Assembly: GCA_947444305.1 (NCBI GenBank)
Contig: CANEZP010000005.1
Location: 103,771-167,770 of the forward strand
Source of the DNA: Pseudobdellovibrionaceae bacterium
GTDB lineage: Bacteria > Bdellovibrionota > Bdellovibrionia > Bdellovibrionales > UBA1609
Direction: 5' to 3'
Length of the DNA: 64,000 bases
Below, in pieces: positions 36,904-45,511 of the stretch. How positions within the stretch are numbered: the stretch's first letter is position 1; every line of letters starts with the position of its first letter. Under the pieces are notes generated by a model. That model had not been told where the DNA came from. It did not search any database and worked only from the letters and a program-made list of their open reading frames with translations. Position numbers and translations under genes: made by a program.

Positions 36904-37557
36904 GTGTCTAAGAAGTGCATTGATCCGGTCGTTGCCGAAATACTCTCGAAGGTGCGCCCTACGCCGATGACTCTGGGCAACGGGATGACCGACGATGAAA
37001 AGATCGCGAAGATTGCCGGCCACTTTCGCGAGATCATGATAACGATGGGTCTCGATCTCGACGACGATTCTTTAAAGGAGACCCCGAACCGGGTCGCGCG
37101 AATGTACGTAAGCGAAGTTTTCTCGGGCCTCAATCCCGGCCACTTCCCTAAGATGACCAGCATCGATAACAAATTAAATTACGACTCGATGGTCACGGTG
37201 AAGGACATCTCGATCATTTCCGTCTGCGAACATCACTTCGTCACGATCGACGGCCGCGCGACCATCGCCTACATCCCAAAAAACAAAGTCATCGGCCTAT
37301 CGAAGATCAACCGGGTGTGCAAGTTCTTCGCCCGGCGCCCCCAAGTGCAAGAACGCCTTACGAAACAGATCGGCGATTGCTTGACCCAAGTCTTAGACAC
37401 GCAAGACGTCGCGGTTTTTATCCGCGCCAAACATTACTGCGTCGTGCAACGCGGGGTCGAAGACGCCGCTTCAGAAACAATCACCAGTGATCTTCGCGGC
37501 GCCTTCCTCGAAGACAGCCGGACGCGGGCCGAATTCCTCGCGGTTGCGGGGCGCTAA
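36904..37557 (+). CDS. folE: GTP cyclohydrolase I (FolE type I)
   Basis: ETPNRVARMY, SVCEHHFVTIDGRATIAYIP and RPQVQERLT motifs. Confidence 0.93.
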   Translation: MSKKCIDPVVAEILSKVRPTPMTLGNGMTDDEKIAKIAGHFREIMITMGLDLDDDSLKETPNRVARMYVSEVFSGLNPGHFPKMTSIDNKLNYDSMVTVKDISIISVCEHHFVTIDGRATIAYIPKNKVIGLSKINRVCKFFARRPQVQERLTKQIGDCLTQVLDTQDVAVFIRAKHYCVVQRGVEDAASETITSDLRGAFLEDSRTRAEFLAVAGR

Positions 37558-37558
37558 T

Positions 37559-38038
37559 ATGTACGGCATTCACTTGGCTAAAGAGCCGTTTAAATTTTCC
37601 GTCTCGCATTTTACGATCTTTAGTCCCTCGCACGCCGAGCGTTTGCACGGGCACAATTACCAAGTCAGCGTTAGCGTTTCGGTCGGCCAAATCGACGACA
37701 AAATCGGTCTGGCCTTCGATTTCAACGAAATCAAACCGATGATCCGCCAAATTTGCGATTCCATGGACGAGCGAATCTTAATCCCCGAGAAGTCGCCGTA
37801 CCTGAAGATTCAAAAAGAAGGCACGCAGGTGCGCGTGCAATTTAATCATAAGAAATACGAATTCCCGATCGAGGACACCATCTTTTTACCGCTCGTGAAC
37901 GTCACGACCGAAGAACTCGCACGTTACGTGGGCGAGCATTTGCGTTCGGGCATGGCCAAGATCCCGGGCTGGACGGACATCCAAATCAATATCGAAGAGA
38001 CACGCGGTCAAAGCGTGAGTTACAAATTAATCCGCTGA
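37559..38038 (+). CDS. 6-pyruvoyl-tetrahydropterin / 6-carboxy-tetrahydropterin synthase family (COG0720) protein lacking the canonical Cys
   Basis: FSVSHF...RLHGHNYQVSV zinc-site motif. The ATG at 37559 lies 1 nt after the folE stop. The canonical QueD CxxxHGH Cys is Ala here (AERLHGH). Confidence 0.8.
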   Translation: MYGIHLAKEPFKFSVSHFTIFSPSHAERLHGHNYQVSVSVSVGQIDDKIGLAFDFNEIKPMIRQICDSMDERILIPEKSPYLKIQKEGTQVRVQFNHKKYEFPIEDTIFLPLVNVTTEELARYVGEHLRSGMAKIPGWTDIQINIEETRGQSVSYKLIR

Positions 38039-38931
38039 TGAAACAAGTCCGCGAGGACACCGGCATCGTTCACCTGCGCGTACCCCCGGGCGCGAACTTA
38101 CACGTGACCGACTTCTTACTGGCCGCCGATCTCTCCCCGCTGCCTCTAAAGCCCGACGCCCGCCTTATCGGTGAATGGCTGCGCTACGGATCGGTTTACG
38201 TTGAAGGTAAGCGTCTGCGTACGAACGAAACGCTAAAACCCGATCAAATCTTACGCTTACACACGCGCCGCAAAACTTATGTTACGGAAATTCCTAAACT
38301 GCGCGAGCGCATCGTATTCGAAAACGACGATTTGCTCGTGCTCGACAAACCGTCCGGCCTGCCGACCCACGCCACGCTCGATAACTTTATCGAGAACGCC
38401 GCGTATCTCCTCGCGCAAGAATTGAGCGCGCCCGTCTACGTCACCCACCGGCTCGACGTCGCGACGCACGGCTTGCTGATCTTGGCTAAGTCCCCCAAAG
38501 CGCAAGCGGCGATCAATAAACAATTCGCCAAGCGCCAGGTCGAGAAAATTTACCGCGCGCAGATTTCAAAGGCCGTTCCCGAAGGTCTGCTCGTGCATCA
38601 CATGGATCCGGCTTCGCGCGTACCGAAGGTCATGAGCGCGCAAGCCGTGCCTGGCTGGTGGGAGTGCCGCCTCGAGATTCTCGCGTGCACCAAAAATGGC
38701 GACGGTAGTTTCAACGCCGACATCAACTTGCTCACCGGCAAAACTCATCAGATTCGCGCGCAGCTCGCGGCGCTGGTCGCGCCCGTGAACGGCGACGTGG
38801 CTTACGGTTCAACGATTCCGGCCGCGCACGGACAAATCGATCTCGCCTGCGTAGAAATGCGCTTACGCTGGATGCAGCAGGATTTAATTTTCAAGCGTCC
38901 TGGACACGAATCCGGAGTCCTCCACGCATGA
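38038..38931 (+). CDS. RluA-family pseudouridine synthase
   Basis: VLDKPSGLPTH and HRLDVATHGLLILAK catalytic motif, plus GKTHQIRAQL. TGATG overlap with the upstream gene. Confidence 0.85.
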   Translation: MKQVREDTGIVHLRVPPGANLHVTDFLLAADLSPLPLKPDARLIGEWLRYGSVYVEGKRLRTNETLKPDQILRLHTRRKTYVTEIPKLRERIVFENDDLLVLDKPSGLPTHATLDNFIENAAYLLAQELSAPVYVTHRLDVATHGLLILAKSPKAQAAINKQFAKRQVEKIYRAQISKAVPEGLLVHHMDPASRVPKVMSAQAVPGWWECRLEILACTKNGDGSFNADINLLTGKTHQIRAQLAALVAPVNGDVAYGSTIPAAHGQIDLACVEMRLRWMQQDLIFKRPGHESGVLHA

Positions 38932-39803
38932 CGCCCGACCGGCTCGAAGCCGCGCGTTTTGTTTTTCAAAGCCTGGCCCTGCGCGAAGGCAAACTTTGGC
39001 TCGGCGCTGGCCGCCCTCATTCCGCGTCGGAGGAAGTGGCGCAAGGCTCGGTGCTCACCCGGCTTGAAGAATGGGAAATGCCACTCGACGAAAAGACCCG
39101 CCGCCGCTTGAGCAACGTTTCCGATCTTACGAGTCTGCTCGAACGCTTCATGCTCAAAGGAATTCGCGGCGATTCGCACATGGGGCTGTGGGGCTTTATC
39201 TCCGGCCGCTACGCCCTTCGGTTACGTCACGACATTCCGACGCCCGAACAAATGCTCGAACGTCAGTGCCGTGGCGAACGCTACGTCAGCTACCTTAAAA
39301 AACCCGCGGAATTAAACACGCCGGTCGGGCGATTTAGCGGCGCGTACGAATTTCTGCTCCATGATTTGGAACACGCGCATAAATTTTTTGGCGACGCCGA
39401 ATTATTCCGCGGGCAAGTGAGCTTCTTCAATTTACTCCGCGGCAGCTTAACGGAATTGTATCGGTGGAGCGGCGACCCACTATTCGAAAAAGATTTGAAC
39501 TATCTTAAGAGCGACATGAACTCGCACCCCGTCCATCTTTTCAAATTTCTAAAAGCAATCGTCCTCACCGCCGAACTTCGCCTTCAAGACGGAAAAGGCT
39601 CCGGTCAATCCGGCGCGGACAATGGGATCATCGATCGCCTCTGGCACCAAATTCTTGATCGATGGCGGGTTCCGGAGGCGACCAAGCAAGCCGCCCTCCG
39701 CATCAACCGGCCCGGCCTCGAAACCGCGGCCGACCAAGCGGCCGTTCACCATTTTTTCAAAAATCACGGCGCGGGCTTTGAAACCGGTGCGCAACTCTGT
39801 TAG
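38928..39803 (+). CDS. Hypothetical protein (291 aa)
   Basis: ATGA overlap with the rluA-like gene. Contains an HDLEHAHKFF histidine cluster. No family recognised. Confidence 0.6.
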   Translation: MTPDRLEAARFVFQSLALREGKLWLGAGRPHSASEEVAQGSVLTRLEEWEMPLDEKTRRRLSNVSDLTSLLERFMLKGIRGDSHMGLWGFISGRYALRLRHDIPTPEQMLERQCRGERYVSYLKKPAELNTPVGRFSGAYEFLLHDLEHAHKFFGDAELFRGQVSFFNLLRGSLTELYRWSGDPLFEKDLNYLKSDMNSHPVHLFKFLKAIVLTAELRLQDGKGSGQSGADNGIIDRLWHQILDRWRVPEATKQAALRINRPGLETAADQAAVHHFFKNHGAGFETGAQLC

Positions 39804-39812
39804 TTGAACCGG

Positions 39813-40430
39813 ATGCAATTGGTATTTCCCACCTACATTCATCGCGGCACCTTCAAAAATTCGGCTAGGAGCACCGCCCGTTTGAACCGTGAACTCACGA
39901 CCGAGATCGCGCAGATCGAAGCCATCGACGATCACGGCCGGCAATGGAGCCGCGAACACTACGTCAACGGTTACTCTTCTTACTCGTCGATGACCCGCCT
40001 CAACCAAACTTCGCCTACGTTCAACGAACTTGAACAAAAACTTTGGCCCGAGGTAAAGCGCTTCGTTAAAAAATTAAACTGGGACATGACCGGTCGTTCG
40101 CTCGCGATGACGACCTGCTGGGTAAACTCGATGGGTCAGGGCACTTACCACACCATGCACACGCATCCGATGTGCGTACTCAGCGGCGTGTACTACGTAA
40201 ATCTTCCGCCCGGTAGCAGCCTATTTAAAATCGAAGATCCCCGCATCGGCCTAATGATGGCGGCGCCCCCGCGCAGATCGAGCGCGCCCGCGGTTGAGCA
40301 AAACTATTTGAAAATTCAACCCAAAGCCGGTGAATTTATTCTGTTCGAAAGCTTCATGCGCCACGAGGTTCCTCCCCACCGCGGGAAGCAACGCCGGCTC
40401 TCGGTTAGCTTCAATTTTGAACTTGTTTAG
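39813..40430 (+). CDS. TIGR02466-family putative 2OG-Fe(II) oxygenase-like protein
   Basis: N-terminus MQLVFPTYIH, then HTHPMCVLSGVYYV and FESFMRHEV...RLSVSFNF, matching the 2OG-FeII_Oxy_5/TIGR02466 pattern as I recall it. Confidence 0.65.
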   Translation: MQLVFPTYIHRGTFKNSARSTARLNRELTTEIAQIEAIDDHGRQWSREHYVNGYSSYSSMTRLNQTSPTFNELEQKLWPEVKRFVKKLNWDMTGRSLAMTTCWVNSMGQGTYHTMHTHPMCVLSGVYYVNLPPGSSLFKIEDPRIGLMMAAPPRRSSAPAVEQNYLKIQPKAGEFILFESFMRHEVPPHRGKQRRLSVSFNFELV

Positions 40431-40480
40431 AATCCGGACTTACGCGTAAATACCCCCACAATTTTGCCTTTGGAGTACAC

Positions 40481-40876
40481 ATGATCGCTCGCCTAACCGC
40501 CCTCGTTCTCTTCACCATATTTTCGGGTGTGCTTTCTATTTCGGCCTTCGCCGGCCAAAGCGAAGAAGCGCTGACCGAAAGACGTTTGAAACTCCTCGCT
40601 TCTTGCGGAGTCAACGAAGCCGCTAAAACCTTAACGCTCGCGTACCCGGTCGTCATCGCCGGCATCTTCAGCGATGAGGTCGCGACCGAACTTCGCCCGT
40701 ACCAGGCCGTGATGTCCGCCGCCGCAACTTGCGATGATTTCGCCGCTGCGTACGCGCTCCTCGTAAGAATCTACCAAAAGCACGGCGGCCAGGATCCCGA
40801 AGTTTACTTCGCGAGCACGGAGGGCGCCAAAGCCCTTGCGACAACTTCGGCCGAACTTCGCAAGTTAGTGCCTTAA
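40481..40876 (+). CDS. Small secreted protein, unknown function
   Basis: TGGAG RBS. Signal peptide MIARLTALVLFTIFSGVLSISAFA. Confidence 0.55.
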   Translation: MIARLTALVLFTIFSGVLSISAFAGQSEEALTERRLKLLASCGVNEAAKTLTLAYPVVIAGIFSDEVATELRPYQAVMSAAATCDDFAAAYALLVRIYQKHGGQDPEVYFASTEGAKALATTSAELRKLVP

Positions 40877-40877
40877 C

Positions 40878-41939
40878 TTGTTCGCGCGGGCGCTAGTCAC
40901 CTTGCTGATCGCTCTCAATCTTCCGGTCTTTGCGCACGCGAAGACTTGGCGGATCGCCGTGGTTTCGGACATGAATCAAAATTACGGCAGCGTTCAGTAC
41001 ACGCCGGCGCTTATAAAAGCGATCGAACACATCCGCCAAAGTGATACGTCCTTAGTCATCTCAACCGGTGACATGGTTGCGGGCCAGCGTCGAGGCTTGG
41101 ACTACGAGGCGATGTGGAATGCCTTTCACAATGCCGTTAGCCGCCCGCTCGCGCAGTCTTCTATTCCGCTTCTTCCTTCACCCGGCAATCACGACGCTTC
41201 GGCCGGCGGCGGTTTCGCTAACGAACGCAATCATTACCGCAACACGTGGAACCAATTCCCGGCGCCACGCTTCAACGGCGCGCGCGCACCCGAAGACCGC
41301 GTTGAGTTTCTGAACGGCGTCGCGCAGAACTGGCCGTTCAATTACGCGGTGACGATGGGTCCCGCTTTGTTTATCGGATTAGACGCCACGCTCGCCGGCG
41401 AGTTAATTAACGATCAGTTCACGTGGCTCGCAAGTGTTTTGGAAAAATCGGCACCCTACACCGTCAAAATGGTTTTCGGTCACGTGCCGCTTTATCCGTT
41501 CGCCTTCGACCGCGCGACGGATTACCTCGGCGCGGGTGACGTCGCGTTTGCGCTAAGGCTCGAAGCGCTGCTCGAAAAACATAAAGTGAATTATTTTTTG
41601 AGCGGCCATCACCACGCGTACTTTCCCGGCCGGCGCCCGGGCGCGGTTCGTTTCGTTTCCGTTCCGCTACTCGGCACCGGCGCGCGCACCTTGCTCACCG
41701 TCGACCGCAGTTCGACGGAACGCTCACCGCAAGCTTTCTTGTATCTCGATTTCGACGCCGGCGGGAATATCACGATGCAAGCATTGAAAAGTCCGGCGCT
41801 CACGCCGATCGCGGCCGCGAGTTTACCGGCGGCCATCTCAATTCCCACGCGCGACGCCGCGGACTGCGCACGCTGCGCTTCGTTCCCGCCAACCCTTTTC
41901 ACCGACCCAACCCGCCGCACTCTGTACCACCGCTTCTAA
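40878..41939 (+). CDS. Secreted calcineurin-like metallophosphoesterase
   Basis: Signal peptide. Motifs VVSDMN, TGDMVAG, PGNHD, FGHVPLY and SGHHHAY. TTG start. Confidence 0.8.
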   Translation: MFARALVTLLIALNLPVFAHAKTWRIAVVSDMNQNYGSVQYTPALIKAIEHIRQSDTSLVISTGDMVAGQRRGLDYEAMWNAFHNAVSRPLAQSSIPLLPSPGNHDASAGGGFANERNHYRNTWNQFPAPRFNGARAPEDRVEFLNGVAQNWPFNYAVTMGPALFIGLDATLAGELINDQFTWLASVLEKSAPYTVKMVFGHVPLYPFAFDRATDYLGAGDVAFALRLEALLEKHKVNYFLSGHHHAYFPGRRPGAVRFVSVPLLGTGARTLLTVDRSSTERSPQAFLYLDFDAGGNITMQALKSPALTPIAAASLPAAISIPTRDAADCARCASFPPTLFTDPTRRTLYHRF

Positions 41940-41984
41940 CGCCACTCGCCCCGGGCCTTCTCGGCCGGGAAGCTTTCGGCTTCT

Positions 41985-42047
41985 TGCCTCCGCGGTTCCT
42001 GCCTCCGCGGTTCGTGCCTTCGCGGTTTCGTGCCTTCGTGGTCTCGG
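41985..42047. repeat. Intergenic tandem repeat, four units of 15-17 nt
   Basis: TGCCTCCGCGGTTCC / TGCCTCCGCGGTTCG / TGCCTTCGCGGTTTCG / TGCCTTCGTGGTCTCGG. Confidence 0.85.
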
Positions 42048-42092
42048 TTGCTTCCACCTACGCACTTTAAGGTTCGGACCCGCTCAATTTGC

Positions 42093-42193
42093 AAAGGCGT
42101 CGAAATGAACAAATTGGCGTCGGCGAACAACCTGGAGATTCTGATCTCTCCTAAAGTTGTACGCGAGGTCGATTTGTTCATTTCGACGCCTTT
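42093..42193. repeat. Perfect 22-bp inverted repeat enclosing 57 nt (a long hairpin of ~100 nt)
   Basis: AAAGGCGTCGAAATGAACAAAT (42093-42114) is the exact reverse complement of 42172-42193. The inner sequence adds further imperfect pairing and an apical GGAGA...TCTCC stem. TGTTTTT follows. Confidence 0.85.
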
Positions 42194-42317
42194 TGTTTTT
42201 ACGACGTGAAGGTCATGAAATGCAGTGTACCAGAACCTTGAACGCATTCGGATCTAGGCGAAAGAGCGCACTTCCGGAGATGAAGCCGGCCGGGTCATCA
42301 TGTTGACCTCACGATTG

Positions 42318-42350
42318 AAAAAAAAAGCCGGATCGCTCCGGCTTTCGTTT
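42318..42350 (-). terminator. Rho-independent terminator of the OmpA-family gene (usable in both directions)
   Basis: A9-GCCGGA-tcgc-TCCGGC-TTTCGTTT. On the minus strand the hairpin is followed by T9. Confidence 0.7.
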
Positions 42351-42379
42351 GCTCGAGATTCATGATCGCGCGGCGAAAT

Positions 42380-43786
42380 TTAGTCGTCGTTCTTATCGTC
42401 GTCGCGGTCTTGCGTAGAAGCGCCCGTCTTCTTCGGCGTGATGACGACGTCGACGCGGCGGTTTTGGGCACGGCCCGCGCTCGAACGGTTCGCGGCGATC
42501 GGTTTCTCGAAGCCGTAGCCGACCGCTTTCACGTTCACGTCATCGACGTTCTCGTCGAGGTAATCCGCAACGGCGACCGCGCGGTCTTTCGATACACGCT
42601 GATTAATCGCGGGCGTACCGGTCGAATCGGTGTGACCTTGTACTTCAACATTCGATGCGTTCAATTCCTCGATGACGGTCGTGACTTTCGTTAGCAATTC
42701 TTTCGAGCGAGCCGGCACTTCGGCGCTACCCGACGGGAAATTAATCTTTTTCAAACGGATCAAAAGTTTATCACCCTGACGATAGACATCGGCTTCGTCG
42801 GAACCGAATTCTTTGCGCGCTTGTTCGATCGTGCGATTCCATTCTTGTTCGGATCGTAAACCCATGTTCGCGGCCGCAAGCCCGCGCAACGAAGCCTCGC
42901 GTTCGGCCAACGCTTTTTTTGTCATCGCGGCTTGCGAATCGGCCCCGCGGAGAGCCGCTTTGGTATTGGCCAAAGCTTTATTGCGGGCAACCAGGTCACG
43001 CGCCACTTCCTCATTGGTTTGGTTCGCGGCTTTGCGCGCGGTCGCGTTGATCGCGGTCAGATTGCGAGCCGCCTCGTTCGCACGCGCCGCGAGACCGTTG
43101 TAGGCGGCTAAGTTGTCCGGCTGCTGCGCGATCGCTTTATCGGCACGCTCTAACGCGCCCTCGGCCTCGCGCAAACTTTTCGGTGCGTAGGTGCGGGCGC
43201 CCCGGTCTTTAGCCGTGGCAATCAAACCACGAGCTTCGCCCACTTGCGCTTCCCGAACCGAGTTCACGTGCAAAGCGCCGTAATTGATGACCGCTAAATT
43301 CCACACATCACCGTCGATGCGTTCGTTGTCGAGGGCCCCGGCGTTTCGTTTGAAACCCTCGTCAACTTCGTGCAGGGCTTTCTTCGTAATTTCGAACCGT
43401 CTCGCACCGGCGTCCAACGCTTTTTGGCGTGCTTGCAAAACTCCTTGCACGCGCCGACCGCGTACGGCCCCGATTTGATTCGCGCGATTGACGTAGCCTT
43501 TTGATGTTCCGAGTTCTTCCCAGAAATCATCGGTGTCACCGTCGGCTAGTTCGCGTTTCGCTTCGTTCAAGTGATCAACCGCGCGGTCATATTCTTTCGG
43601 CGCGAGCACATCATTCTGCGCGGCCGCGGTCCGGTCTAGCTCTTGGTCTAATTTCGAAACTTCTTCGGCGGGACTCGCGGACCTCGGGTAGATCACCCGC
43701 TCGACCGAGGCACAACCGGCGAAAAAGAACGTCGCCAACGCTCCCACCAAGATCGAGTGTGCATTGCGTTGAAGGGCGGATCTCAT
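42380..43786 (-). CDS. OmpA-family lipoprotein with an N-terminal helical (DUF4398-like) region
   Basis: Lipobox FFAGC and a long helical Ala-rich region. OmpA_C motifs NFPSGSAEV, GHTDSTG, SKDRAVAVADYL and NRRVDVVI. Confidence 0.85.
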   Translation of the reverse strand: MRSALQRNAHSILVGALATFFFAGCASVERVIYPRSASPAEEVSKLDQELDRTAAAQNDVLAPKEYDRAVDHLNEAKRELADGDTDDFWEELGTSKGYVNRANQIGAVRGRRVQGVLQARQKALDAGARRFEITKKALHEVDEGFKRNAGALDNERIDGDVWNLAVINYGALHVNSVREAQVGEARGLIATAKDRGARTYAPKSLREAEGALERADKAIAQQPDNLAAYNGLAARANEAARNLTAINATARKAANQTNEEVARDLVARNKALANTKAALRGADSQAAMTKKALAEREASLRGLAAANMGLRSEQEWNRTIEQARKEFGSDEADVYRQGDKLLIRLKKINFPSGSAEVPARSKELLTKVTTVIEELNASNVEVQGHTDSTGTPAINQRVSKDRAVAVADYLDENVDDVNVKAVGYGFEKPIAANRSSAGRAQNRRVDVVITPKKTGASTQDRDDDKNDD

Positions 43787-44002
43787 GAAGGGCTCCTTAT
43801 TAAGATTTTGATTCGTAAATCACACAGGTTTAACAAGAGCACCTCCCATGCCGAACGGGCCCGCGAAGGTATAAGAAAAGAATGCTCAGTCCGCGAAAGC
43901 TAGGGGCAATTTTCCACGATATAGATCACGCGAACGGTTCAGTTTGAGACGCTTCACCGAACCAACGTGGGCTCGGCGAACGGCTTATGTCATTCTTAAC
44001 GG

Positions 44003-44485
44003 ATGAATCGCGGGATGTGCGCCTTTGTACTCATTCTGACCATCGCGGGTTGCGGCAGCGCCGGCAACGAGGATGCTTCCGAATTCATTCCCGATGTTCC
44101 GCTCGAATGCGTCTCGGGCCAAGCGGCGGATTGCGCCGGTGATGACCTTCCCGTCTTCGTTGGCTTGAGCGAAGGCCTCGCCGGATCCGCCTGCGACGAC
44201 TTTCTTACCGGAATGACCGCGGTCCAGCGACGCCGGTCATTCCTCGCTTCAGGCAGTTCACGCTCCACGGCCAAGGGCAACATTCTAACCGCGACCATAA
44301 ATAAATGGGAAAATGATCTCGGCGGGCCGATCGATGTTTTACCCTCCGGAACCTACCAAGTTTGCGCGTTCATCGACACGAACGGCAACGGCGAAATCGA
44401 CACTTCGGAACCGGTCGGCGAAGGCCAATTAATTCCCGGCCGTACGGACTTCATCCTTAGTGTCTGGTCACCCGCGTACAACTAA
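44003..44485 (+). CDS. Lipoprotein, unknown function
   Basis: Lipobox LTIAGC. 160 aa. Confidence 0.6.
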   Translation: MNRGMCAFVLILTIAGCGSAGNEDASEFIPDVPLECVSGQAADCAGDDLPVFVGLSEGLAGSACDDFLTGMTAVQRRRSFLASGSSRSTAKGNILTATINKWENDLGGPIDVLPSGTYQVCAFIDTNGNGEIDTSEPVGEGQLIPGRTDFILSVWSPAYN

Positions 44486-44516
44486 AGCGGACCAAACTTT
44501 GCAGTAAACCTGAAAA

Positions 44517-45509
44517 ATGAACGTCGTCGAACTGACAAACAGCGGACTCTACTGCGCCGCCGGGGATTTCTACATCGATCCGTGGCGCCCCGTGCGCGAC
44601 TCGATCATCACGCACGGCCATTCCGATCACGCGCGTGTCGGCGGTGAACTTTACCATTGCACCAAAACTTCCGAACCGATTTTGCGCCACCGTTTAGGTG
44701 CCGATATTTTATTACGCGCCTACGATTACGGAAAACCGTTTAAAATGAAGGACGCGACCGTTTCGTTTCACCCCGCGGGCCACGTGCTCGGCTCGGCGCA
44801 AGTGCGGGTCGAAGTGAACGGCGAAGTTTGGGTGATCTCGGGCGATTACAAACGTTCACCCGATTCTTCGTGCGAACCGTTCGAAGTGGTTCCTTGCGAC
44901 ACGTTTATTTCGGAAGCGACGTTCGGTCTACCCGTTTACGCCTGGCCGACCTCGCAAGCCGTAGCCGCCGATATTTTCAAATGGTGGCAAGAGTATAAAG
45001 AGGGGCCGTCATTACTCTTCGCTTACGCCTTCGGTAAAACGCAAAGAATTTTGAGCGAGCTAGGTCACCTTACCGACCAAACGGTTTATCTGCATGGCAG
45101 TTGCGAAACGCTCACCAAAATTTACCGTGACCAAGGCATCAAGATGGTGCCGACCAAACTCGTTTCCGACATGCCGAAAGAATATAAATTCAACGGTGAC
45201 CTCGTACTCGCCCCACCGAGCGGTCACCGCTCTTCGTGGATGAAGCGTTTCAAAGATCCGCAAACGGCGTTCGCCTCGGGCTGGATGCAAATCCGCGGCA
45301 ATCGCCGGCGCCGCGGGTACGAGCGTGGATTTGTTTTGTCGGATCACGCCGACTGGAAAGATTTAGTATCAACCATTATCCAGACCGGCGCCAAGCGTGT
45401 GCTGCTCACCCACGGCAACACCGATACCCTTGAGCGCTACCTGCGTGAAGAAAAGCATATTCAAGCCGAACCCCTAGCCACCCAATTCGAGGGTGAGGCC
45501 GAGGCTTAA
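44517..45509 (+). CDS. Ligase-associated DNA damage response exonuclease (MBL/beta-CASP fold)
   Basis: HGHSDH motif (IITHGHSDHAR), a late SDHADW motif, and its position at the 5' end of the ligase/helicase/PdeM cassette (TIGR04122-type context). Confidence 0.85.
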   Translation: MNVVELTNSGLYCAAGDFYIDPWRPVRDSIITHGHSDHARVGGELYHCTKTSEPILRHRLGADILLRAYDYGKPFKMKDATVSFHPAGHVLGSAQVRVEVNGEVWVISGDYKRSPDSSCEPFEVVPCDTFISEATFGLPVYAWPTSQAVAADIFKWWQEYKEGPSLLFAYAFGKTQRILSELGHLTDQTVYLHGSCETLTKIYRDQGIKMVPTKLVSDMPKEYKFNGDLVLAPPSGHRSSWMKRFKDPQTAFASGWMQIRGNRRRRGYERGFVLSDHADWKDLVSTIIQTGAKRVLLTHGNTDTLERYLREEKHIQAEPLATQFEGEAEA

Positions 45510-45511
45510 CG

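Noticed and set aside
37487-37558. N-terminal extensions offered by the longest-ORF track (PTPS at 37487, and similarly icd at 51757, M16 at 60395, OmpA at 55717, regulator at 30379)
   Set aside because: The extensions overlap the upstream gene or lack an RBS. Internal ATGs restore canonical N-termini or signal peptides and have good RBS or stop-start coupling.
41985-42047. Tandem array considered as a CRISPR-like or minisatellite locus
   Set aside because: The units are 15-17 nt and directly adjacent with no spacers. There are no cas genes in the window, so this is not a CRISPR array.
41936-42247. 103-aa minus-strand ORF spanning the intergenic repeats, and a 34-aa plus-strand ORF at 42105-42209
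   Set aside because: The PRRHEPRRQEPRRQE segment is simply the translated 15-nt tandem repeat. The MNK...LFISTP similarity between the two strands is a by-product of the 22-bp palindrome. Neither ORF has an RBS.
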